Shown here in pieces: positions 13,931-27,977 of a DNA stretch of 64,000 nt; within the stretch, counting starts at the first letter, position 1; every line of letters begins with the position of its first letter. The translations under genes and the position numbers were made by a program. Below the pieces are notes generated by a model. It saw only the letters and a list, made by a program, of their open reading frames with translations. It was not told the origin of the DNA and did not search any database. The DNA lies in contig OX597816.1 of assembly GCA_951406725.2 (NCBI GenBank), forward strand, positions 124,496,001 through 124,560,000, read 5' to 3'. Source of the DNA: Octopus vulgaris (taxonomy: Eukaryota).

Positions 13931-13989
13931 CATGTATCACTGACGAAGAGGGGACTCTTAGTAGCTAACTCTGAAATCGGTCCGATATG
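13931..13989 (+). ncRNA. Degenerate minimal type I hammerhead ribozyme (Penelope pLTR-type)
   Basis: CTGACGA-AGAG...CTCT-GAAA-TCGG-TC, with imperfect stem I (TATCA/CGATA); adjacent to Penelope RT. Confidence 0.55.
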
Positions 13990-14243
13990 GTAATAATGGA
14001 ATTTTTTAGAAATTTCTGTCGACCTTCTTTCGAGTAGCGTGCGTATTGTGAAACAATTATATGGTTAATGGACAATATGTCCAATTTTTCGGCATATTTG
14101 GCATTAGGAATCTTTTCCTTTGCCCTCATTTATGAATTGTTTATAAATTTTACCGTTAAAGGTACTTTTTGATATGCTGGCCATTGATAAAATTTTCTTC
14201 GAGAAAATATCTTTTTTCGAAAAGAATTTTATCCTCAAATTTG

Positions 14244-14277
<34 letters not shown>

Positions 14278-14439
14278 AGTGGAGGTGGGGCAATACTCTT
14301 TAGTATTTCAAGATATTTTTATGTAGTTTTGGTAGATATATCTGTTAAAATGAGAGATCAGTTGTATTTTAATTTTTGCGCAATTTAGAGGACAGTTTAT
14401 TCATCGCACCCTCTATATATACATATATAAACTCTACTC

Positions 14440-14745
14440 CGTCGGTCATGAATGATTATAGGTGCACCTAGGCGGTTCCCCTCCGGGTACAAGTCAGGTG
14501 GAAATTTGCCTCACGAGGGAACGAACAACCTAAGGTTGCTTTTATGGAAGACCAGCAGTCGCCCAGGCATAACAGCCTCCCCTCTCCACGCCACCGATGT
14601 TATCCAAGAAAGAGACAAATGTTGATACAACTTGGTACCAGTGACCTCGCAACTCATTTCTACAGCTGAATGAACTGAAGCAACGTGAAATAAATAGTCT
14701 TGCTCAAGAATACAACACGCAGCCCGGTCCGGGAAACCACACCTT
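14440..14745 (-). mobile_element. SINE, family B (related copies at 44010-44195 minus and 55520-55775 plus)
   Basis: Shared block TTTATGGAAGACCAGCAGTCGCCCA...CCTCCCCTCTCCACGCCAC in three places in the window. Confidence 0.7.
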
Positions 14746-16184
14746 AATCATGACAAACACACAATTAACACTCTGGCAATTACTACGGACGTTAAATTTT
14801 ACACTCACTTATAGGAACCTTTAAGTAGCGTAACTGCTAAATCTGCATCCTAGATGTAGGCTCCTATTCAGCACCATTCAATTGCTGGCCTTTTAAAGTG
14901 ATCGAATATAACTCAAATTTGAGTGTTGCAAATATATCTGAAGTTGTGTTGCTACACCACCGCCTCACCCATATGCACACGCAAAACGACATACACAAAT
15001 ACACACAAACACATGCAAACAGACATACTTCATCTTGTGTAACAAGACAAGCAAGAATATTTGGTTACCTGGCAAATACTCGCAAGCACCCATGAAGATG
15101 ATCTGTTGGTTTCAACCAAATGAAGTACCTGCTCATTAATGTACAAGCGACAATGTACAAGTATATCACGGGTATATCAATGTACAAGTATATCAAGGGT
15201 GCATGTAGCCTTAGCGCAATGCCATATCAGTGTGGTACCATCCATCGAAGGCCTTCCACACTCTCTGCTTTCATCGATTTTATACATGTGGTTTGGATCA
15301 ACTTTTTTACATGTTAAAGTCAGTTACCCAATTTGTTACGCAGTAGGACTGATCTCGGAACCTCATGGTTGTAAAACAATAGGCTTAACCAATCGGCAAA
15401 GTCTGTGTACATATTCGTTAATTTTATAACCACAACCGTCGCGCATTTGTTCTGTTTCTTTTAAATATCTCTTCAACTGTTACTACAACAGGCTCTGTTA
15501 CTTTGGAGTAGCAATTAGATTCTCGTCATGTCTTCTGTAGCATACTCCTCGTGACATACACTAAATGCTTTGCTCATTACTTCCTCTACAAAATTGCTTT
15601 CCTATAAACAATTTTCCTACAAATCTAGATCTAAACATCAACCACATCAATCTTATCAGTGTAGGAGGTTTTACGAAGATCCTGGGCTCTGCACCTCCAC
15701 CACATGAATAACAAAAAATACTATATAAAAAAAGGAAAGTGAAATGGTGATATGAGAAAATCTCACGCAAATAGCATTTTTCGGAAAGAGTAAAAAAAAA
15801 GGCAAAAATTAATTGGAAATGAATAACATGAACAAGAAAAGTGTGACAACAAAAACAGTATAAATATATATAAATTACTGGAAAAAATGTTTGTTCTTGC
15901 TATTAGAACTACTGCTGCTGCTGTTATTGTTGTTGTTTTGTTGCTGGTGAGAGTGGTAATACGAATGATGTTGTTCAATGTAAAGAAATTTTAATTATTT
16001 TCTAGATTTGTTTCCCAATTCTTCTCCACAATTTTCATTTAAGAATAAATAAATAACTGAATAAATATTCAAATAAAAATAAGAACTGCAACACAAACGA
16101 AAAAAAGAATCACGGCGTCACATAGGCCATCGATGACGACAAGGAGAATAAAGACGACGACGACGACGACAACCCGAACATTGG

Positions 16185-16218
<34 letters not shown>

Positions 16219-17139
16219 CTTGATGATGATGATGATGATGATTACTAACAAGAGAAGCAAGATGTGAGGATGCTAATGAGGACAACACTAATGAAAAATT
16301 AACAAATACCAGTTATAGTACAACATCTAGTACTGCATCTGCTGCTGCTACAACTACTAATTCTACTTCTACCGATGACAATGATGATGATGATAAGGAT
16401 GATGATGGTGGTAGTGGTGATGGTGGTGGTGTTGGTAGTGGTGGTGGTGGTGGTGGTGGTGGTGGTAGTGGTAGTGGTTGATGGGGGTAATGATTATGAT
16501 GATGACGATGCTGCTGATGATGATGATTTTCTACATTGTCAAGGGGTCATATAATTGGCATGAAATAGAGAAGATTGTTTGAATCAAGTTCAATTCATAA
16601 CCGGTCCGTTAACAACTACAGTTTAATGAAAGGCAAATACCAGCCCTGCAGAATTAAAATGTGAAAATACAGAGTGGGGTCGATACTAAACACTTTAATG
16701 TACAGAGTTTACCAATTTGCTGTATTTGCTACTCTACCGCCCTGATTACTGTTAATAATAATAATTTCTGATATTGACATAAATAATTTCTAATATTGGC
16801 AATCGATTTTAATCGATTCTAGTACTTGAACAGTACATATTTCATCGATCCTAGAAGAATGAAACGAAAAGTCAACATCTGAGGAATTCGAAATTTAAAG
16901 GATTGTAACTAATTGCCGAAAGGAATTTTATCGGTTACCCTACCGATTCTACCAACCGCCACCATAATTGTTATATAATAATGATGACTTTTAGTATAAA
17001 CACAAGGCCGCATACCAATTTTTCTCTTTTCGGTGGTGGCAGTTACGGTGATGGTGAAGGAGCAGTCGATTATATCGAACCTAGCACTTGACTCAAACGT
17101 CCTTTATCGATTCAGAAAATATTAAAGGCAGTGATGATA

Positions 17140-17171
<32 letters not shown>

Positions 17172-19214
17172 AGAAATGAAACTATCATGGGGGTGTGCAT
17201 ATTATAGTGCTGAAAAAAATCTCGAAACTGCTGAAAATACAATATTACTATCTTCTGTTTTCTACTAGGAGGACGGAGAAGGGGACATTCAGAAAAAAAT
17301 ACAAAAATAGGAGAGCTTTACCGACAATTACTTATGAAAACAGACCTGTTAAAAAATATTGTTTAAACGAAACAAAATGAGACGTCCCTATAGGTGAGCG
17401 TCACAGAAGACCAGTCAAGGAACACTATACATGCTGGATTAAAGCCAATCTTTCCTAGCTTTGATTTCCAATCCATACAGCCATTACCTTAATCCTTACC
17501 AACTTTCAACAAATTCACTAAAGATCCGTCTGCCTTACTAATACTCACTTTTTTCTCCAAATTGAAGTTAAAGAATTTGATGAGGATTTGTTTGAAGAGT
17601 AAAGTGTTAGTTTCCAATCCTTTCGATCTTTTTTAGAATTTGCCTGCTCTTCCTGTCAAAAAGAAAACAGTGAAGCAATTTTCATGATGGATTTGGCTAT
17701 CAACGGGGCCTGACCCTACACACGCTACAAAATCTGTTTGCCATAACTTATAAATTAGCAGCGTTCAGACATTGAAAGAGTTCAAAACAGTTTAGTTGTT
17801 TTACGTGCATGTAGGACAGGCCTGAATTGTGGTATTAACAATTCCATTGTGTGTATCTCTAACTGGCATATCCATGGCTTGCAGAATTGCTAGTCAGGCA
17901 TTTCTGAGAGTTTTCAACAATTCGGACTAAACATCTTTCGGAATTGTCTGCTCATATGATCCTAGTTGACGCTAAGAGACTCAGTGAGGTTGCGTCGATC
18001 CTATTCACAATTAACCTTTACTAGACTACAATAGTTGGCATATTACCTACTACATTTCTCGTTTGAGAATTATGAGTACTTGTCAAAATTCCCTATGCCA
18101 GGCGCTCTGACACGGATTTCACTTGATCCCAGATCTACAATTCTGTATAGGAAACGATCTGTGGAAAAAAGCATGACTCAGAAATGGGCTACAACATTTT
18201 CTCGCTATCCATAATTACACAAAAGTCATACTCTACTTCCAAAAATTGCCTAAATCGGGAATAATTTCTAAAACATGTCGGCAACAAAAGATAACGCTCA
18301 GTATATTTAACAGAGATAGGTACTTCACATACAGATTCCTCACGTAACACAAATACATTTAGCACTAAAATGGCTTACACTACTGAAAAGATTAGTGCAA
18401 CAAAAGTGATTTAATAATTAAAGATATAGTTAAAACAGAGAGCACTTAAAATGAAGGCATAAAAGAAACTGAAAGCACTCCCCGTACATTTTTTATATTT
18501 ATCCAGAAATAAATTGAAAAATAAATAGATTGTGACAAATGACAGAACCACACCTAGCTTCGAGATCACAGCCAAAAGAGGAAAGTGAAAGCCTGATACG
18601 TATTTGTAGTTTAGCTTTGATTTCTCCTAGTTAAACATTGACAGAGGTATGCTGTTTGATGTGTCGATCGGACCGTTTGTTTCATAATATATTAGAAAAC
18701 ATGACAAGGTTACTACATAACATAATTAGAATATACGGATTGAAATAATGTCACCAACTGCAGAAAAATGAAACGTGTGTGTTCTGGAGGCAGCAGCAGA
18801 AAGTGAAATTCATGTAATTTGCTACGGCATGCGAATATATGCTAGCATAGAGTTAAGAGGAAGCTAGTCAGACTATAATGGCTTACGCAAATGACAATAA
18901 CATTTAGTTAAAGGTAACAAAGAAAGTCTCGAAATACAAGGATCTGAAAATTCCACATGGGAAAATGTGGAAAATACAAACAAGTATAGTCCCAACTATT
19001 GTAGGATCACTAGTAATTGTACTTCAGAGTACGGAGAAAGAATTAAAAAGTATCCTAGAATATTTTGATAATACAAATCAAAAAATTAAGGTATTCAGAA
19101 GATGCCGATATTCTGTGTAAAATGTTAAGTAAAGAAAAGAAAGTGCTGTAACCAGACCTATTTCAAATGAGAACTCAGGAAGAAGAGAGTACGCTAAACT
19201 TTTACGTGATAATC

Positions 19215-19319
19215 AAGATTATGGTGATGATGATGACGACGAAGACACATTCAGGGATGATGATGATGATGATGATAGTGATAATGATAATGATAATGAT
19301 AATGATAATGATGATGATG

Positions 19320-19353
<34 letters not shown>

Positions 19354-19415
19354 CAACAACAACAACAACAACGACGACGACGATGATAATAATAATGATG
19401 ATGATAATAATAATA

Positions 19416-19483
<68 letters not shown>
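19215..19483. repeat. Compound (GAT)n/(AAT)n/(AAC)n microsatellite
   Basis: Directly visible trinucleotide arrays. Confidence 0.95.
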
Positions 19484-19484
<1 letters not shown>

Positions 19485-21832
19485 TAACCCGAAGCAATTC
19501 TTCCGAACGTTAGAAGTTGACAATGGAGAAAATGTTGCTTCTGATGCAAATCAAGCCAAGGAGTTCTGGAACGGATTATGAAGAAACAATGTGGTGCATA
19601 TAAGGAATGCAATGTGGATAGGGACTATCAATACAGAATTATAAGGATAAAAGAAACAAAGGAATATTGTCATAAGCACGTGTGCATGAAAGACTAGCAG
19701 CCAAATTGAATAAGTGTGTCCAGAAAGGTACAGTCCCCGCGTAGATAGTGACTGGGAAGAAAACACTTGTAATGAAAAATAGATGAAAGGGGAATATTGT
19801 AAGAAACTACCGTCCCATAGCATGCCTAAACATATCTGCAAGATATTCACTGGAATATGTGCGACAAAAACATACACTTGCCTGGCACGAGGAGAAATAT
19901 GACCAAGGGAACAAAAAGGATGTAGGAAGAGTTCTCACCTGATCATCGATAAAACAGTTTTGAGGCATTGTAAAAACATCAGACAAACATATCTATGGCT
20001 TTGATTGACTATAAGAAGGCAAATGATATGATACCTCATTCTTGGATTGTTGAATGCCTGCAGATGTTTGGTGTTGCTGACAACAACACAAATTTTCTTA
20101 TGCATAGCATGAAAGAGTGGAAAACCAAATTGTAATATTAAAAGGGAAATCTTCCAAGGTGACTCGTTTTCTTCGTTATGTTTTGTAATTGCACCAATAC
20201 ACATAACAATGACACTTAGGTAAGTTAAGATTGGTTATCGATGTGGGAAGAAAGGCCCATCATTGAACTATATTCTGCTTATGGATGACCTGAAATTTCT
20301 TGGGAAATCTGAAAAGCAGATAGATTGCTTAGCCAAAACAGACCAGAAGTGAGATAGGGACATCGGTGTGGCATTTGCGATCACTAAGTGCTCAGTGCTT
20401 ATTATAAAAAGAGGGGGGAAAGCGGCCTGCAGAGGATTGCAGTTATCATCAGGAGAGATCATGGGTGAACCCGATAGTAGTGGGTATATATATTTAGGGA
20501 TTTTGGAGCTGGATAACATTCTACATAGAGAAATGAAAGTCAAGGCCAGTGAGGCGTATAAAAAAAAAGGTGAAGATGGTGTTGAAATCCGACCTGAATG
20601 CCAAAACTTTGATTACCGCAATGAATATCTGGGCAGTTGCGGTGGTCAGATATAGTACATTCATCCTCAAATGGACTAAGGAGGATATATTAACACTGGA
20701 TAGAAGGACAAGAGAGTTGATGATGCTGCATGGGGCGTTATACCCTAAAGCAAACGTAAACAGAATAAATATGAAAAGAAAGAATGGTAGCAGTGGACTA
20801 ATTAGTATATACCATTGTATAAACAGTAAAAGGAGAACGCTTGCCAAGTATTTGATAAACAGTGATGAAGACCTGCTGCAATATGCCGCGAAAAATATGA
20901 GTGTAAATGCAGATGAAATGATTGGCAAGGAAGAGTTTAACCAAAGAGCTGAGGAGGAGAGAAAAGAAAACCTTCTTGAAATGAGAATGCATGGACAGTT
21001 TGAAAGGAATACACAAGACGTTAAGGATAATACAGCATCGTGGGTATGGATTGTTTGAGGTGATTTGAAGCGTACCACCGAAAGTCTGATCCTTGCTGCC
21101 AGAGGCCCGGCTTTCGCTACCAATTAAGTGAAGTATAACATCTATAAGACATCTGAAACCCAGAAATGCAGACTCTGTGGAAAGAGTGTGGAAATGTGAC
21201 CCACTTAGTAAGTGGATGTGAGAGACTTGCGCAAAAAGAGTACAAGCGCCGCCATGATAAAGTGTGTGTGTGTGTCTTCATTGGCTCTTATGCCGTAAAT
21301 ACCAATATGAAGTAACAGAGAACTTGTATGAGCATGTACAAGTAAAGTTATGCAGGAGGATGGAAAAGTAACGATACTCTGGGACTATGATTTTCAGACG
21401 GATCGCGTTATCAAACACCGTCGGCCGGATATTGTCATATTGAATAAGAGACAAATACTGTCAGATCATTGATGTAGCCATACCAAATGACATGAATGTT
21501 GTAAGTAAAGAGGTTGAAAAAAATCACCAAGTACTCCGAATTGAAAGTGGAAATGGCAAGACTGTATGAAATCAAAGAGGGTAATGTAAAAGTGATATCA
21601 GTGGTAATCAGAGCGTTGGACTCAATCCCATTGAAACTTCAAGACATCATAAGGCAACTGGAAATCGCATGCAAAATTGATGTCTTGCAAAAAGCAACCT
21701 TATTGGGAAGAGCGCACATCTTAAGGAAAGTATTATCTGTTTGAGGTCCTTGTTATGACTTGACAGATAACTAAAAACTCCGGTGTATTTTTACCTACAC
21801 CGTGTTACGAAGGAATAATTATAATAATAATA
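19484..21832 (+). mobile_element. 5'-truncated R4/Dong-like non-LTR retrotransposon (RT, CCHC knuckle, restriction-like endonuclease), frameshifted
   Basis: NYRPIACLN; IDYKKA...PHSWI; IFQGDS; LMDDLK; KCRLCGK...HLVSGC..LAQKEYKRRHDKV; ILWDYDFQTD...HRRPDIVI...IIDVAIP; KITKYSELK...LQKATLLGRAHILRKVL. Both ends lie in (AAT)n. Confidence 0.92.
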
Positions 21833-21839
21833 ACAGTAA

Positions 21840-22040
21840 TCCTCTCCACTAAAGACAGAAGGCTTGAAATTTTGGGGTAGTGGACTAGTCGATTACAAGT
21901 CTGAGTACAAATTCCGCCTGAGGTCGAGTTTGCCATTGATCATCTCGGAATCGATTAAATAAGCACCAGCTGAACACTGAGGTCGATGTAATTGACTCAC
22001 CCTTTCCCCCAAAAGTGTTGTCCCTGTGCTAAAATTTGAA
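21840..22040. mobile_element. Degenerate SINE family A pieces
   Basis: ATTCCGCCTGAGGTCGAGTTTGCC...TCGATTAAATAAGCACCAG core, preceded by a tail fragment in opposite orientation. Confidence 0.6.
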
Positions 22041-22129
22041 ATTAGAAAGCTCCATTTCTTTGAAATGCCTGATTAGTATCTATGGACGTGTGGCAGCAGC
22101 ATTCAATTAATCAGTGAGTTGACCAGAAT

Positions 22130-25000
22130 CAAAATCTTAATGCATGCGGGAATGGAAATCAGCATTTATTGCTAAAAAATGAAAGATAGTAGATAGCCTA
22201 TAGTTACTGGACTATAACCTGCTTGATAAATAAAAGTTCTTACTTCTATAATCTACAACAGACTGATTATTCACCCGGGAGACAATAATGTACTAACAGA
22301 GAAGTAGAAAAGGCAGAGAAACGGATGTATCTTCAAAGTGCAACAACTGGTGAACTGTACTTGCTCTTAGAAGTGGACAGCAAAACGGAGGAAGTGAACC
22401 TCAGCATGGCTTGGATTGATTGTCAAAAAGCATTTGAAAGAGTGTGACACTCTTGGCCACTGGAGACACTTCTAACAAATAAAGCTACTTCAATACAGTT
22501 TACGGTCCATCGAATATGATATGTTAAAATGGAAAATAGTAAAGGCACTACAAGTCAAAAGAGAAAAATAGAATCAACCCTTTACCCATAAGAATGAATA
22601 ATGATTACTTGAAAGTCATTATCCTTCTACACTTCTGCGAATTTCTAAGTCTATTAAGAATTATGGAATGAATATAGCACAAGATATTTTCAAAGGATAA
22701 TACCTTGCTGAAAACAACCTACTAAATCTTGTTCCACAAATTCATACTCTGTTTCTTTTTTGTTTGTTTGTTATTTTTGTGTTCTGCTTTCTGCTGCTCT
22801 GCTTATTACCCACACCCATTTGGAACTAACTAAGGAAAGTCATCCTATTCGCCACTATTACTTCATCCCACCCTCTCATGCATGACCGCCTTCTTTCTCT
22901 TAAATCTTCAGTTTTCCCTAACACAATTCTTTTTTCCATATCATCCGCTTTGAGAACGTGACCAAAGAATATTAATCATTGTTTGACAATCAATGTTTCT
23001 AAAGTACTGTCAGGTATTACTTGCTGCAGTATCGATCTGTTTTGGGTGTTTTTTCCCGTCCATGAAACAGTCAATAATCTTCTCCAGCACCACATTTCAA
23101 ATGCATCAATTTGCCTTCTATCTTGTTTGTTAATTGCCCAACTTTCGCATCCATACATCATTAATGGGTATATCATTGATTTTAACAATCCCTCCTTTGT
23201 TGCTCGCGACACTTCTTTATCTCTCATAATTTTCTTAGTCCCATCATGGTAGCTTTTCTAAGGGCCATACTTCTTTTAATTTAATTTTAATACTTCTCAC
23301 TTCTTTCAACCGTTGACCTTAAACTCGCCCACTACTTCCACCGTTTGATCTCCAATATTAAATTACTTTAAATTTGAAGTTGATTTAATTGTAAATATAT
23401 TAAAGCTTCATTTAAATACAGCCTTTTCACTTTCCTGTCTCAGCCTTTTTAGCAATATTTCGAGGCCCTTATTTTCTGCAAGCATACTTGTGTCATTCGC
23501 GTAACTCAGACTGTTTATTGTCATTTCCAGTATTTTAAATCCAGTATTTTAAATCGACCTATCTCAATATTACGTACCGTCTGATACTTTCATTGCCTAT
23601 GTTAAAACTATAGAACTAAGCAAACTTCTCTTCTAACAACTCACTTGACAACAAATCCTTGTAACCCAAAATTCTGCTCTTACTATAGTTTATTGTTTTG
23701 AATAAAATGATGGTCACAAAAAATCTAAGACCATTTCTTTCAAGCACACACATGTTTCATAATTTAGATGATCAAAAGCATAGCTAGTATTAATAATGTA
23801 CAACAACATTCCCCGGTATTACACCTTACGTTTTCTTCATTATCTGTCATAAGTTTTCTATTTAGCTCTATTATTCGCGTACGTAACGTATCTTTGGAAA
23901 ATAATTTATATTCTGACTTTATTTGGTGTATCAGACCACAGCCTCGTCATTCATTTGTTTTCATAAAACATAAAAGGGAGAATGAGCACAAAATATACAC
24001 TAAAACGAGGCAAATTATGCAAATTTGAGAACATTAAATTAGATATAGACATCTAAATCTGAGAATTATACAAGAACTATCCAATCAAATAATTAGGGTA
24101 GAAAAAAACCGATAGGATGCAAACGGAAATAAAAGAAACCGTAAAGGAATTCAATAGAAGAAGCAGATTCTGGGTATTAAAAAGTGCACTCAATGCAAGA
24201 AATAAGATAATTGATATAAAATCCTAGCCATTTCAGTTAAAAAGAACGGCTTCCAAAAGGGAAACTGAAAGTTAATTGAATTGCTTAGAGAGAAAAATAG
24301 TAGCTACTAACACTGTTCTGAAGTTACTACCGCAGAGCTTATATTGATAGAAAATATCTAACCTACATTGAAACAGGACGGGTTTCATTGAAATGGAGAA
24401 GAACAACAAAGAAATGATTGTGGGAAATAAAATTACTTAGAAGCAAGCAAAGGATAATTCATTTCTATAATAAGTGAGAACGAAAAAAATCCCATTTGTC
24501 TATATATAAAAGAGACAATAAAATACCAACTTCAAACTAACTATACGCGAGGAAAATGGTTAGATAATGATAAAAAAAGAAAATATTAACAAAAAATAGG
24601 AGCAAAATTATAATGGAATTCCAAAATATACAACAAAAAAAAGCTAAAACGGAATCCGACAATGTCTCAAAATCACTGTGCTAAGGGCAGCAAGAGAAAG
24701 TTGTGATTTTAGCTACATACAACTAATACATTGCACAAATAATTAAAATAGAAAATAACAGAATAAAAGAAATGTAACATGATATGAGAATGTGCAATCT
24801 GCACAGGAAACAATTGAGCGCATCATTTCCGGCTCACCAATCCTTGTTATGTCAAACAATATTCACAAGCAGATGCTGTTGGTAGCTATGACCATGGGTA
24901 TATTGATACATCAGCGTGAAGTATCCAGTGAATTATCGATATAAACATATATCTATAATTCTATGTGACAACGACCACATAATTATCTGAAACTGAAACA
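22130..25000 (+). mobile_element. Old R4/Dong-like LINE remnant interrupted by an RTE
   Basis: LSMAWIDCQKAFERV*HSW at about 22400-22456; RMCNLH../ETIERIISGSP zinc-knuckle remnant at about 24785-24840. Confidence 0.6.
22780..23620 (-). mobile_element. RTE LINE 3' fragment
   Basis: ORF 22976-23227 IYPLMMYGCESWAINKQDRRQIDAFEMWCWRRLLTVSWT, the classic RTE/BovB RT C-terminus. Confidence 0.9.
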
Positions 25001-26299
25001 AAAAGTCTGTACTCTGATACGCTTATCTGTTATTTTTGACATCTTAGGATGTTGGTGTATCAACTAGTAACGTATACAGAGTCATTTATATGAAAAAAAA
25101 CATTTGTTAGGAGATATTAAAGTTAAGAACAGCCTGAATAACAGGAACACGAGCCAATGAACAAATATAGAAAAAAATGTACCCGGTTTCAGAAAATAAC
25201 CGTGTTAAACGCAGCCCTCGCATTACACTTTCATTTCAAAATCACAATTAAATACACATTCTTTACAATGTATACATATCCATGCTCGAAAGCTTAAAAA
25301 CTCTCCCCTTTTACTGAGCGTCAAGCTAATACATACCTTGTGCACGGCCTTTTGCTGTTATTGTTAATTTTGCTATTATTCGTTTATTTGAATTAATTAC
25401 ATATATATATTTCGTTTTTGGATTTGGTTTGCGCACAAAGGGGAACGCAGTGTAAATAACGGACAGAGTCAAAACTATTGAAAAGGTTGCAAGGTGCAAC
25501 GAAAATTTTAGTAAAATAAAAATATGAAAAAAGTGGCGATTTTACCGGTGAGTGTGTTATATTATAAGGCACAAAAAGAAAATGACTCTCCCCAGACACA
25601 ACAGAATACATATATATAGTTAGATAGATATATAGATAGAGAGAGAGAAAGATACACACACACATATATTCATACATACGTGCAAAAGTATGCATGCATA
25701 TATATATGTGTGTGTTTGTGTGTAGGTACTATAGGTATGTGAGTGTTTGTAAGCCTATGTGCATATGTAATACCACAATTCTCGTTCCGTGTAGCACCTG
25801 TTTATGTAATCCAAACCTCCAAGTGTATAGTGAACGCAATCAACACTTGACATGGAAATATATAACACCTATTGCACAACATGTACGAAACCACACCGTC
25901 CATCAGGATGACACATCATGCATTACACATACTCTGTACGACAGAGGAAACTCTAAAATCGCATCGTACACAATAGAACATTATGCATTGTACATAATAG
26001 AACAAATAGCAAAACAAATAAAAAATTTATGCAGTAATTAAACACGATTCTATGTTGCACATGCCTTAAGATTATGAGGCTATTTCTGATTATAGAGAAT
26101 AAACCTGTTTAAAAGCGTTTAAACATAATATAATAATATTCCTATTATACCGATAGGCTATTCAAATTAGCTCATATCACACGAAAGTCGAGAGATAATT
26201 AAAGCCAGCTCTATAAATTTATTATTATTATTGTTATTTGTTGTCATTGATCAGTAAGTGTTGTTTTCTATTTATGTCTACCTAAAAATCAAAGGAGAT

Positions 26300-26575
26300 G
26301 ACTACTATTCCCTTCAAACTTTAATTTTATGACCTGGACATCAATATTTTAAAACTGATGTATTTTTCATTACATTTCAGATGGATGGATTCATCTTTGA
26401 GTTGCTGAATCAGAAATATCGTTATTGCAAATATTCTGCTCAATACCACAGATTTGCTTGTCAGTTGCTTGTTCTTAACCACTTGAGAAGCAGGTGGTAT
26501 CATAGTAATATGTTGAGAGCGATTCTTTCGGGTTTGAAAAAATGTAATAAAAGCAAAGTTTGAAAGAAATATTAA
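26300..26575. mobile_element. MITE-like element
   Basis: Imperfect terminal inverted repeats ATTCCCTTCAAACTTT / AAAGTTTGAAAGAAAT. Confidence 0.4.
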
Positions 26576-27419
26576 CCATTTTTCTTACTTTCTAGTGGTA
26601 GGGAACTAGGAAATAATAATTGTTAACCAAGGACAAAAATCGTTTTACACTGTGTAATCATCACAAAGTTGAATGCTGAAAATTATCTGTATAAGCATGA
26701 GGTTCATCAAACATGCCATGTCAGTGCGGAAAAACAATCATATTACCATAAAGTAAAAAATAAAAATAAACATTGTTGGAAAACACCTATCCTAATATCA
26801 TCAATCTTTTTCTCGGTAACCCATTAAGACATCTAAGTAAAACCCCCAATGGCCCAGTGAAATTACAAACTATAATATGATTTACAAATCTGGTAACAAT
26901 TCAAATTATATCACTGCTAACTACAGCCCACGTCCTACTTATGAAATTTTCACTTCAGTAACATAACTTACACACTATACTCCGGGAAGCATAGACAATA
27001 ATGCCCTATAGAATCATCTGATCAATAAAATAGAGCAACTCACATAACAGCCTGTGCAGAAAATTACACCAATAAATTCTTCGTACACAACATAATCGCC
27101 ACTCAGTAAAAGGAACAAAATATATACACTAACATAATTAACACCTACTACAACACATTTCTCACACTGCCAACATCTACCTCAAATTTTACACATATTT
27201 TTGTAGTAAATCAAACATATATAGCAAAATAAACTAATTCAACTCTTTACTTTAAAAGACACTGCAACACGTAGCTGAGAAACATTGCGGTACATCTAGG
27301 AGGGGATCATAAGTATATAAATATCTATTAGAAACATGTTGGTGAAACATTAAAAATATTAATATTGTTGGCAAACATATAGCTAGACAATGAACTTGAA
27401 GAACTAGAAACTCACCACA

Positions 27420-27977
27420 TTCCGTGGACTCCTAAAGAAACAACCTGGACTCCTAAAGAAACAACCGCGGTTTTCAAACTGCGACAGAGCAGTAGAACTG
27501 GTTGAGTTACTTGAGTACTCCAGAGTACACCCATGTACGCTTATCTAGTGACAACAAGGAAACGGTTTCGTTGAAACATCTGGCTCCGAGAGAAGATGCA
27601 CAACTTTCCACTACATCAACCGAGCTTGATACCTGCAACCAGGATCTCGTGAGCGATTTCAAAGCCGAAACACCGGCAGTCGGAAGCGGAACCAGTGTTA
27701 TCGACCCTGAGAAAGCCAACAGCACAAAACTTGAAAATCTTGAGCTATTGATAGCTGGCCAACAGCGTCTACACTCATGCAACTTGAGAAACCAGAAGGC
27801 GTGAACTATTCGAAATATTGTAATTCGCCATATTATTCCCTGCATTCTCTGGATACATTCACTGCTCACACACGCATATATTTTGATGACTAAAAACTTT
27901 ACGAACTCACTGTGCGGTACTCAGATTCTTTAGTGGGGAGAATGTGATAAAAATTACTATTCATATTACTACTTACA
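27420..27977 (+). mobile_element. Ty3/Gypsy LTR retrotransposon 3' fragment (integrase C-terminus, PPT, start of 3' LTR)
   Basis: PEYTHVRLSSDNKETVSLKHLAP resembles NP.YAHVR..DG.E.TVS.RHLAP; AGTGGGGAGAA followed by TGTGA at about 27932-27947; 21-bp tandem duplication at about 27425-27467. Confidence 0.7.

Noticed and set aside
17200-18200. Possible coding remnant
   Set aside because: Only faint LINE-like hints; no motif chain I could defend.
19167-19612. Poly-I/L/Y/M ORFs here and at 13.7, 31.1, 35.5, 36-38, 45.3, 47.5, 58.6 and 61.4 kb
   Set aside because: Translations of microsatellites.
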